Shown here: positions 38,101 through 50,100 of the stretch, one piece after another
How positions within the stretch are numbered: the first letter of the stretch is position 1
Layout: each line of letters opens with the position of its first letter
NCBI GenBank assembly: GCA_036172245.1
Contig: JAYWIR010000002.1
Span: 5,022,001 to 5,086,000, forward strand
Direction: 5' to 3'
Length of the DNA: 64,000 nt
From: Raillietiella orientalis
Lineage: Eukaryota
Program-made: the position numbers and the translations under genes
The notes under the pieces: generated by a model
What the model saw: only the letters and a program-made list of their open reading frames with translations
Told to the model about the DNA's origin: nothing
Database searches by the model: none

Positions 38101-41100
38101 CAAATCTTTTCCACCAGCCGATTCGGCTCACCCTTGAGCGTAGAGGCGTGTTCCACTTCATCTCAACTTGCAAGTGCCGCCGCCTCTCGCCCGATCGTGG
38201 AGTGCTTCGTGCTGTTTTTTTTTTTCCACTCGAATCTCCGCTAGCCGTCGCTGACGACCCTCCGCAAACGAACAAGGCGGTGGTGGGACCGACCACGTGG
38301 AGCGGTGCGGCATGGACGCAGCAGAAAGTTGCGGGACCGTGCGCGTCGGTCGCCCACTGCCGAGTGAGTCGAACGCTCGCAGCTGCCACCGCCGGGATTG
38401 CTTCGGCTCCCACGGTCGTGCTTCGCCCGGAGGTCAGGAGCGGAGGTTCGCTCCTGACCGGCAGCCCAACTTCCCTTTCCTCACGACGAACGACCGCAGC
38501 GACGGCACTTTGGCTTCCACCCACCCACCCACACGATGTGTGTTTGCGAGAGAGAAGGTGGTCGTACAAGTCCACCCCACCCCGCCTCCCCTCACCCCCA
38601 TACCCTTCTGAGGTGTGTTTCTTCGGCGAGCATTTGTGCTATTGTCCCGCATCAGGAAAAACCGTGGCCCATCGGAACCGTTCGCGGGCCCACGAGCGGG
38701 TTCACGAGCACCAACGCAAGGCCGCTCCGAACGAAGACGATGGCCAAACGTTCCCGCTGTTCCCCATCGCCGCGGAGAAGGAAAGGCGCACTCCTATAAA
38801 TCCTCAACGAAAGTTGCGGTCAGCTCGCGGGGGCGTAGAATCCGGAAGCCGGTACTCCTGAATCGGCAGAGGAGGACAAGTGCGTGTCTTCATCTCCGCT
38901 GATTAGTCGACATGTGCGATCCCGAAGTGCGAATGCGGGAAGGTTGGGGAGCTGCTGGTCCCTCAGGGAAAGCACCCTGGTGATTCACGAGGATGGAACA
39001 GGCGCGCAAAAAAACAGTTGTGACTGGAAGGCTGCGCGGAAGGTCACGATCGTGGGAACGTCCGACAATCCGCGAGTTTTCGGGAAAAAAAAAACGCAGC
39101 GGGTTATCTTCGGAGAGAACGTGTTGGACACAGTTTTGGTGATGTGGGAGTGTCCCCAGAGCAGATCTAAACGACACGGTTCGAAATCATCGTCGATGTT
39201 TCTTTTTCTTTTTTTTTACGGGGAAGCAACGGAACAGAAAGGTACTGATGCTGGTTCGTAGTTTCCCTCAGCAGTTACGTGGCGGAATCTTCACCCATGA
39301 GTGTTTTTCCTTCAAATTTAACGTCCAGCAGTGTAGTGTCCGTTAGCTCTCGTCCGGTGCACTTTGATCTCAGACAAAAGGTCTGATGCATGGGATGCTT
39401 CTGTGCCACGGCCTCTGTTCCTCGGTTTCCGACCTCGTTCTTCCGCCTGTGAGAGCTCCACTGCAGTTCCGTTCGTTCATTCCAAGTGTGATCTTGGAAT
39501 GCTTGCTGAAGCTTCTTTCGTTCACGACCTTTTGTTGTCATGGTGAATTTCTTCTCGGTTTGCTGTCCTCCGTCGCGTGCGATGGGGAATCCATTGCTTA
39601 GACGCGGAAGGATGTTTCCGTGAAACAAAGACGCCGCTCCAACGCTCAGAAGCTCTGGTGGCTGGCCAGCCGCCTTGCTGAGGTGCTGTGTGGGGGGGTA
39701 TAAAAAGGAGCATAGCTGGGGCTCCCTGGATGTTGACTGGTAGGAGCAGGTTCGGTCCATCCTGTCGATCAGACCTCTGTTGTGCATTTCGTGGATTGTT
39801 GGTGGTGATTGTCGGACGTTGCTGTCCCCTTCGGTTTTCTTCCTTCAACCGTGCAGTGGCTCCTCGAAGCTTGGCCTATCCCGGTTTACTGTCGTCATTT
39901 CCAACCGTTTGTTGATCCCTCCCACACAGACACACCTCCTAAGAAAAAACGGTGGGTTTCTCCTTCTTCTTAGCTTTTGAACTGTGCGTCAGCTAAACTT
40001 CTCCCTGTCCTCCAGAGAAACCTTCGAGATTGCGAACGGCAGAAGTCTTGCAAAAATCTGAAGCGACGGTGAGGTGCGCGCGCACCGATTTCGCATCATC
40101 TCCAGGGACGCTTTCGTCGTTTACTGCAGCCTCTGAAGAACAGGACTGCGTAATGTAAGGAGCCCGGTCCTGGCTCCCAGAATCGACTCAGTCCTTTTGT
40201 ACATCGGGAACTAGCCGAGCGAGAGCATACTGGAATCTCCGCTTTCTGGAACCAGGCGCCAAGGCCGCCGCCGTCCGTTTCGAGAGGCGTCTTTTTTTTT
40301 TTTTTCTTTGCGGCGTGGGAATTCTCTCGAGTCTTGCTTGCAGAGGTGCCTTCCAGCAATTCCTGCTGAAAGAGATGTGCTCATAACGAGGAGCTGTGTC
40401 CTTCCTTTTGCTCTTGGTCTTCGACCACCAGTGCTCGCTCGTTCCTTGTTTTCCTACTTTTCCCTCCTGAAATGTCTCCAGCCAGCAGTCCAAAGCGAAG
40501 CGCGCCCGTTCTCTAGCCTCAAGCACACTCGACAGAAAATCTCGAGAGCATGGCGTTATGGGAGTGTGTGTGTCCTTTTACAGTCGGTTCACAATGATTG
40601 GCCGGAAGCTATCTGTTCTCCAGCTCCGTCTTGGAAATGAACATTTCTACTTCCTGGTTTGCGTACATCCTTCTCCATTCTCCCTGGGACGCATGGAAAA
40701 GGTGTTTGCCTTCGAAACTGGAGGAGAAGCTTGCTTCACCAGAAGGACAGATTCTCAGGGAAAAATTCCAGAGATCAGAAAGTTTCTCCTTTCTTTCTTC
40801 CTTCCTTTTTTTTTCGAATTTTCCGACTTTCCAATACGGACGAAGAATCCGTGGAACTCGAACAGATGCAAAGAACCAGAAGGCTACTACGACAAATCAT
40901 CCGATTCGACAAACCTCCCGATATCGCAATATAAGTGTAACCGGACGACGGAGAGGTGGTGTATCCATGGCAATCAGCACAACGAGATGGTGCATACCGC
41001 CCTTGCATTTTTATCGTAAAGTAGTTGCGCGCAATGAAAATGCCTGCGTCTTTGCTCGCGATCTGCTGGAAGGGGGGAGGGGGGAAACGCCAGGAATCAA

Positions 41101-44100
41101 CGTATCGAATCTTCGAAAAGCTCGCGTAGTCCTTTTTTTTTTTTCTTTGAACGAGGAATGCTGAAAAAATGGCGCGTTCAAACTTGCGTTGGTTTATCTC
41201 CATGCAAGAGTAAACTTCCTAAGAGTGAACGAGGTTTAAAATGCGCCGAATCTTTCATAAAAGTGTGGATGATTTCAGAGCATAACATGATTGGCATAGC
41301 AGCAGTCTCGCGTGCACATCTGTATACAGCGTGCACATCTGCACTCGAGTTTCATGAATAACACAAGACAGTGTAGAGTTCCTGTTTTGATGAAAGCTAA
41401 AATTTAATTTTGGGAACTTGCGCCCGGTTGCGAGGCATTTCCTCCTCCGCTGCGTTCACACACAGCATCCGAGCCGTCCCACCCTTTCCATTCCCCATGC
41501 ATGCAAGTGAGAGAGCCACACGTAGATGCAGGGAGAGCCTCTTAAAGGCGCAGCTGCTTTCACTGAGGTCGAGTCCATGTGGACACCAAGGTCCGCGTCT
41601 AAGGAAGAAGAAGGATGTTTGGCCTTCGAGAATGCCTCGATCCAAGACGTGAACTTCCACGTCATGCACCTAAGAGGAGTTCCTGGAAGGTGGACTCCAG
41701 GGACAGAATGTCTGAAGAACGTCCATGGCAACACCGGTCGCTGAGCATAAGGTCAGCGACTCATGAGAACATCTCCGTAAGCGTCCGCCGTCCGAAGGGA
41801 TGCGCTGGTTGGAGCCCAGCACACGCCGGACTGTGCGCCAAAGGACGGTCGGTGGCGCAGCAAATTCGGGGTGCGCCGCCAACAGCTTTTGTCCCTGGAT
41901 GCAAGGAACGATGCTGCTGGGTTTCTCCAGGCTTATCTCGGTCCATACGTGGAACGGATGGATGCATCTCCAAGAAGACGCGCGGAACGTTATGCCTTCT
42001 CCCACAGGATGAGACCTGGAAAACATAGTCTTGGGTCCACTTATGAGAGGAGCATAGGATGATGTGCACAGCCACGTGGACATGATTTCTCCGGTCACGT
42101 TCTAAGGATGCCTGTGTTTTTTTTTTTTTTCGTTTGTGTGCACTTGTGTGCTCATGACGTGTTCGTGTGCACCACATGTTAATAGCGCATGGAATTGCTG
42201 GAAGGATCGCGATTTTCAACTCCGCGTGATCCACACTTCCGCCGTCCACACTGGCGTCATTCCGCCTACAGTGGCTGCGCTTGCTCCGCGCGTGGCAGAC
42301 TTCCCTCGACCCTGCTCCTCCTCCACGGGAAATATCCTCCTGTGCGCCGGATCTATGCTGCATCTCAATGAAGCACAAAATCACCCCGAGGTATCCCGTC
42401 GCAGCTGAGGCTACCTGCGTCCGTTACGGCGCTCTCCCGAGGTTTCCAGTTCGTCTGCTTTGCCGCCGGGTTCGGAAGAAAACCCGGCTCTCGATTGGTT
42501 GCAACGGGGTCCGTGAAAAGCCAGCTTTTGCCTGCCATGCCTGTCGTGGTGATAATCCAGTAATTTTTAGCTTTAAGAACCATTTGAAGTGCCGGCTTTC
42601 AATCACGAAATGAATGCCGCCAGGACTGAGATTTACCGGGTGATGCTTTCTGATGGTTACTCGTTTGCTCCTTCTCTTTTTCAGAAATGTGCAGATTCCA
42701 CTGTTTCTGATAAGAAGAAGTTTCCGACGTTCGCTCGTACCTTTCCGCCCGATAATCAGGTAAATCTCACGTTTCAGCATCCACGTGCATAATGTGTGTG
42801 ATATCTCTCTAAACTGATGCTCTCCCTTTCTTTCCTCCGGGCAGATTCAGAGATTAGAGTGCCAATGTATATAACGTGTCTGCTCTCCACAGATACAGTC
42901 GTGCTGTCTTGATTTTCTTTTCTTTTCCTTTCTCGGAAGATAAGGTCTTGGGTTTGGAGGAGGCCCTGCTCTCTTCGCGCTCAGCTGCCTTCCAAACCGT
43001 GTGCAAAGCTTAGTGGGTCTGGTCAGAATTTTCCTGTCTGCTGCACTAAATCGATCGGGATGCAGGTCAAATTCCGATGAGTGGTAAAAAAAAAAAGAAA
43101 AAAGAAAAGAAAAGAAAGCGTGAAGATCTCCGGAGGACAGACACCGAATCTCCCGGACGCCGTATGCAAAAAGCGGAAAGTTCCGAGTCATACCGGAAAG
43201 ATCCGCTGGAAACGATTCGCCTGATGCACGGATGGTGGCTATCAGACAGACACAACCCCTTGATTCTAAGAGGCTGTTGGTCTTCAGGACATGAGTTCTT
43301 GACATCATAATTTATGTCTTCGTGTCGCAGTCCTGGAAGAACCGATAAGTGACTGGATTCGCAGTGCTTGCGAGCGGTCAATCAGAGGACGAAAGCACAG
43401 CCTCTCCCTGATCGAAGCAACGGAAAGTAAAAAAGAAAAAAAAAGGCGGCCACACATTTGAAGACCGGGGGGGAATAAACGCTCTCTCGCGACCTGCATG
43501 TGGGAATCCTGAGCAACGGGGGTTCGTAAAAGATCACAGGGATCGGAATCGCCAAGCTGGTCTTCTGTTCTGGAAAAACTGCAAATCAGCCGAAGCAGCA
43601 TGCAAAGTGAAAGGCACTGTGGAAGGGCGACAAGCTCTGGCATCGGTGAGAATCGGTCGGTTCCCACTCTTCCTCGAACGGGCTGGAGGGAACGAGTTCA
43701 TTGCTCCTGGAGGAGCACGCAACTTCCCGCTTCCCATGTGCGCCTAGCTGCTGCAGCGGTCTTTCGAAGGAGCGTCGAAACGTGAGGGAACTTCGCACCA
43801 ATATTTGATTTGCTTTTTCTCTTTTCCTCGGCCCCTCCCTCGGCATCTTCCAGCATGTGTTGCTTCCAGAAGCTTAATAACGAATGACTCTCCGTACGCG
43901 CTGATCTTAGAGGACGACCAGCAAAATCGGATGGGAATCGACCAACCTTCGTTTTCCGATTTTTCTCTTCCTCGTTTGCGTGAGTCCGTCGCGTTTCCTC
44001 GATGGCCCTTGGACCAGCCACTCTGACCGCGCCCACTTTGCGTTTCGCGCCCCCCCCCTTCCTCCCTCTTCGCACGCTGGCACCCGAACCGACTGCACGA

Positions 44101-47100
44101 GCGCGTGATGGAACGCTAGGTGATGGCGCGTGACTCGGTGATGCATCTTAGCTGAAGAAACGCCCAGGGGGAGCAAAAAAAGTACGTACGGAGCTGCATT
44201 GCGCATCGCTGAATCGTGTTGCCTCGAGCGACGGGTCCCCGTTCCTCACCGATAGCCTGCGTCTTGAGCAAGAGGGTGCTGGTGAAGGATTGAAAATCTA
44301 ACCATTTGGCACGAAAGTTGTGCGGCAAAGCTGTCGCCCAAACCTCACTCATCGGAGGATGGGCTGGAGCATCCTTAATGAATATCCTACTCTTCAGAAG
44401 GAAGAATGTGTAGTCTGGATATGCTTTGACAACATACGTCCAGTTCCTTTTGTTTGTTTCTTTGTTCATCTATGCATATGGTTGAAACAATCCTCAAGAA
44501 ATTGTATGGAGGAGCGTATCTTCTTGCTGGGAAATGATCGTCTTTTCCGATACAAAATGGCGGATAGACAAAGACGAAGCGCCAACGATGAAGAGGATAA
44601 CACATGTTTGCACGTATTTCCTTGTGAAGATGGAAGCGCCCCAGTTCGTAAGAACACTGGTCCTCGAGGATATCGAAATGCCCCTCGGGGATCCAAGCTG
44701 GCTCTGTAACTGGCTGACAGTTCCCTCTTGTTCCCTCGGCTTGTGGAATCCCCTTGAAGCTTGTTGTGCCTGTAGTGGTCTTCACAGAGTGCACTGCATT
44801 GGCTGCGACCAGCTCTCCGGATCTTAACGACCTCTTTCCTCTTCACATACTGCCATTCACCCAAGAAACCTGAATCCATGCCTTACGGCTTCCTTCTCCC
44901 TCACCCTTCTGCATCCCTTCTTGGTTTCTTAGCCCTCTATCCCAGTTTCTTCGTTTTGAGGAACATTCTGCGTTGCCATGCTCAGCTTACCTGACAGAAA
45001 GCGTCCACCAGATGCACGGGATCGATCCGCAAAGAGCTTTAAAAGCGTCCTCCAAGATGCGCGCTGCGACTTGTTAATCTCCTGGCTCTTCACTGCGGTG
45101 TCGCGTTCATGAAACAGAGAGCCTCTCTCTTCCACCAATGGTCCGTGACGCAGCGGCTCTCTGAGGAGTATTGCTCTTTCACTTACCTTTCCATCGCCTC
45201 CGAAATGATGCGGCAGGAGCACTTGGAGTGTGCTCCGGAGCAGCCGTGCAGACATGAGACTGTTCCCGCTTCTGAAGGCAGGTGATGTTGCGAGGAGAAA
45301 GCAGGGAGCAAGAGTTTTCCGCAAGAGTTTCCCTCGTCTGCTCTTCGTCGCTGGCCGCCCGTCTGGAAAGCCCTGTGGGTCTTTCCTCTGGCGCCCTCGA
45401 TCTCCCTTTACGCCCAGTTCGCCACCACATGCTATCGATTCGTTCCTGTACAGCAGCTCCCCCCCTCGTCCATTTCTCCGTCGTTCTCAAACCTGTTCGT
45501 CGCCCTGTCGTGAACCGACGACCTTATTCACAGCCCTCATTCAGTGACTGAGGTCGCCGGTTGACGACTCACGAGGTAGGCGGCGGTCATGTAGAGAAAT
45601 GCTCTCGAGGAGATGTGCTTTCTCTCGGTTCTCTCCCAGAGAATCTCCAGCGAATGCGTGAGATCGTTCTTGCTGCACCGGAAACCGCTAGTATGGCTAT
45701 CACAGGAGGGAACCCACGGCAACGCGAACGGTGTGCTCTGGCCGAAAGAAAAGACGGAAGGAAGGAAAGGACGTGCGCAAGAAGCGGCCATTCATGAAGA
45801 TGGTGGCTCAGGTGCTGCGCGTTGTTATCAAGCGCCGACCGTCTCGTGAACACACATCCGACTTGTCTTCCGCTGATGAAACTACGAAGATCACCTCGCA
45901 GAAACGGCCGTTGAAAAGCGGATGTGCACGGTGATCCTCTTTCACGTCTCATGGGCGATCTGCTAACCACGAGATCGCACTGCCGCAGCTCTTCGTGGAT
46001 CCCTTTTTTCAGACAGAACTCTGAAGGACCTTTGATGGTCTTCTTTCATCACCTTGGGAATATCCTTGTGGTCTCCTTCCGTTGTTATCGCAGCAAGCGT
46101 CACGTCTGACTCTTGCTTCCAGGATGTGAACTAGAGAAGATCACATGTCATGGACTTGGTCAGCACTCGTTCATCCCTCGCCTTTCACAGTCGGAGCCGT
46201 GCTCCCGGGAGTGTTCCTTGGAGACAGAGGAGGGATGCTTAGATGTATCTGAAGGGTAGACAGAGTATTGTCGCTGCAAATCGGAGAGAAGCTGCGAATC
46301 TTGCAAAAAAATTGTCTGAAGCAAGCTGATCGTGTGGCTGGATCGGGCGGCTGGATCCGGGCCTCTTGCAACCCAACCGTTGCGCTTCCTCCCTGTCCGA
46401 CTTACTATCAGCTTCTGCTCACTTCGCGCGGAGCACGCGCGCGGGAAGTGTTCTTGGACCGAGCGGGGGAGGAAGGTCCCTTGCGTGTCGACGGACCCTT
46501 CCGGGTGGGCAGCAATTCCTAGCGAAGTGCATTCCGGGGTCTCCACCTCGTTCCATCACCGATTTTTCTTTTTTTTTCATGTTTTCTGCCGTTACCGTCG
46601 AATTCAGAATTCCTCAAGAGGATCCCGTCGCGCAGTTTCATTGGTTTGGCCTTGTGAGTTCCCCTTCTCCGATCTGCTGCGGCTGCGATCCTAGACGCCG
46701 GAAACCTCTCCCTGCTCCAGAGCTAGGCCGTCTCCCAGAATGACATTTCCTAAAGATGATTCCTCAAGTATTCCACGGACCGGGAAGACGCACTCGCTGC
46801 CCGCTTTCGAATGTAGGTTGCAGCTTTATTCCCTTCGGGATGCGCAGCCGACGACTCCTGGATTTTGCGAACTTTTTCTTCCCTTTGGAAAAAATTTCGG
46901 ATCCCTTTGTCCTTTGGCGCATTTTGGTCCGGCTACCTCGAGGGTTTCAAGAGCCGATCGTTCTTCACTTGAGACGAGTTCCATCGGCGCGATATCTTCT
47001 CTTTGCTGCTTTCTCTTCCTGGAGTGCCCCGTTCGTGCCTCGCTGCACCCTGATAGACAAAGAGTTATTGGGGGAAATTACCGTGGTCCCATTGTACGAA

Positions 47101-50100
47101 GTGTTCCTTCCTACAAAACGAGCGACCGAGAGTCGCCCCCTGTCTGAGGAGCGGTCGAGTCCCCCAGGACTACTCCGTGAATGCTCCTGCGGACTTCCCG
47201 ACTTCGAATTTTATCTTGCACATGAAAAACCGGGTCAAGAAAAGTCTTCTTCCCAGTCTCATGTAGAATCGGAGCATCCACGTGCGAATCTTTTTCCAAT
47301 TCAAATCTTCTGGGAAATCAAGTGTCCGTCGAGAAGAACTGCGCTTTCGAAAAAAAGGAAAACAAACAAACAGAAAGATGAACGGACGGATGGACGGAAA
47401 CTGGAGTGAAGCTTCCTTAGTTCTGCTCTTGTTTCTTGCAGTCTTCTTTAACACTACATCAATCGCCCGTCTCGTGAGTCCCTTACAGACACACGATGTC
47501 CTCGTGCTCGGTGGTGCGCGTGATTCTTGCTCTCTTCTCCTGGTTCCACCTGCCATTCACGTTTCTGGAGGAGATCTTGATACTCCCGGAGGAAGGACAG
47601 GAAGGATGCCATGGGGAATTACTTCTCCATCCTCGATGTTATTGTCTTCTTCTACTGCGAGGGACCGTGAGCCTCCTCGCAGCAAAAGCATCTTCCCCCA
47701 TTTCGCTCTCGGACTCCACGTAGTCCGTGGTGTCTTCGGCTGGGGCTTCTGTTGAGTGCGCTCTTCGGCCGGCACACTTGACTGGCCTGGCAGGGAGCCC
47801 CTCCCCTTTTGCTAAGCTCATGACTGTGGCCTTTTCCGCCTTGAGGACATCCTCCACTTTGGACTCCCATGCGGTCGTTCACGGCCTTGGCGAGGATTTC
47901 TTCCTGGAGGGAGGAGATGCGGCTCAGGACTTTCTTCTGCTCCTCCTCCACGTTTTTTGGGCGGATGTCCTCACCAGGGTGGCCACCTCCTCTCCCAACT
48001 CCACCTCCTGTTGCTCCTCCTCCTTTGTTACGCCCAATTCCTCCGGCTTTACTAAAAAGGAAGGAGGATGCTCTTCGTCCATAGCTTTCCTCTTCTTTTC
48101 CTTCTTGAATTCCGCGAAGCTCGCGTCCGTGAGAGCACTGGGGGGGCTCCACTTCTCCTCCCTGCTCCTTGCACTGTACTGCAGGGAGCAGAGGCAGTCT
48201 CTCTTCCTGCATCCCCGCCTAATGGCATTTCGGGAATAGTGCCCGCCTAGTGGTCACATTGCCATGTCCAGTGGCGTTTTTGTGACGTCTTCGAAGCATG
48301 AAGAGAGCCACTTGATCCTTCCGCAGCTGAAAGAGTCTTCCGTACGGAGCGGCATCTCCCACTTTCCGCAAGAGGTATGAGGATGCCGGAAGTTGGGAGG
48401 ACGTCAGAGGAGATCTGGCCAATTCGTCGTTGTCTGGTTCAAGGAACAAGATGGGGACGAGTGGGCTGAAAGGCGGGATTTGGCAAAAGGAGCCAGTTCG
48501 GGAGACGGGGACGCGGCTGGGGAACTCGATCCTCCTCTGCGGAGCCTGCGATCCAGGGACTATCGTCCCTGGGGGTGCGTGCGGCGACCGCGCACTGCGA
48601 ACTGCGATTCAGAAACAGAAGCTTCCGAATAGAGAGTAGGTGTGACAAGGCACAAAGAGCAGGGAGCAGTTGCTCTTCCCAGAGAGTTCCTCCCTTCCTC
48701 CTCCTCTCCTTTTTACCGAAACAGTCAGGCTTCGATCTCGTATCTGAGCTCCCTGTGAAACAGAACGTTCAGTCTTGTGCTTTCCCAGGTCACCAAGTCG
48801 GTCATAGCGCTCCTGAAATACCACGGGTGGAATCAGTTCACCATCATCGAGCAAGACTCGCCCCAGTGGAGGACTGTCTCCGATTCCCTCGACGAGCTGG
48901 CCACGAAGAACAACATGACCATCAAGATGGTGAAGACGTACAAGGACATAGACACCTGTTGCAGGGAGAGCTGGCACGAGGAAAAGAACGCCGAAATGAT
49001 CGCTTGCTGCAAGATGACGCACGCTCACCTGTTCTACAAGCTGGTGGAGGAAACGTACTCCCAGACAAGAAGTAGGAGTTCCATGCCCCACCCTTCCAGC
49101 CCTTCGCTATTAAGGCGTCTCGTTGCAGTATACGTGTTCCTCGGGAGCGCGAAAAATCTGCGGGAGATGATGACGGCGCTGCAGATCAAGAACCTCCTCG
49201 ACATCGGACAGTACGTCATCGTGCACGTGGAGCCAGACTTCGACAACTTCGCGGAAGCGTGGCGCTACCTGTGGTGTACGTGGTGGGGCAATGCGTTTGC
49301 CAATGCAATGGTTCCTCCAGCTCAAGACGCGTTTCAAAGCAATGAGTCCACCTGCCACATCGTCAAGAACGACTCCAACCTCGCCAAAGCCAGGTCGCTG
49401 CTGGTGGTGGCGCCGTCTCCGCCCGGTCAAAAGTACCAGAATTTCATCGAGAACGTGCGGGAATACAACAGCAAGTCCCCTTTTTTTTTCAAGGATCCCT
49501 TCGAACTGAAGAAGGTGAGCTATCCTTTCTTCTTCGTCGTCTCTTCGGAAGCGCGAATTCGAGCTCCGTAAAGACAACGCACGTTCTCAGTCACGTGTTT
49601 GGAAAGCGCAACTGAGATCCCCCCCTCTCCCCCTTCTTTAGGGGGAGGGTGCGACAGGGTTTGCGTCTGTGGTTTGGGGCGAGTTCCGCTGATGCGCTCA
49701 CCCGCTGCTGACGTTCTTCCAAAGACGGGAAAAGCTTCCTGACGCGTGAACCGCGCGATCCTTCCCGGGTTTTCCTTTCGGGAAGCTGCGGCCTTCTCTG
49801 CTCCTCTCTGTATCCCGTCGGACCTCGGTGAGCCTCCGAGTCGTGCCATTGCGCTCCCTTCGAATTCGGCCCCGTCTTCCCCATCGGGGAGAGCGGGGAG
49901 GATGGAGGGGGGGGGGGAGGGAAGGGAAGGGAGGTTAGAGAGAAGGCGGCGGCGTTTGGAGCGCGCGGTCTGCCGCGACGCAGACCCGGGGTGTCCACTT
50001 TCCTTCTGTCTGGATCGTCCGACCTTCCACGAGTCCCGCTTCTAAAAATGAGCTCGATTCATTGGAAAGAGTGTACAGGATGCCTCCCTTAGTCTGTATT

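Noticed and set aside
41500..42350. Possible LINE ORF2 C-terminal remnants (IQDVNFHVMH, RDFQLRVIH)
   Set aside because: Only single weak motifs, which is insufficient without an alignment.
47727..48239. 170-aa + strand ORF with hydrophobic stretches
   Set aside because: It is the antisense shadow of the decayed LINE ORF1 on the minus strand.
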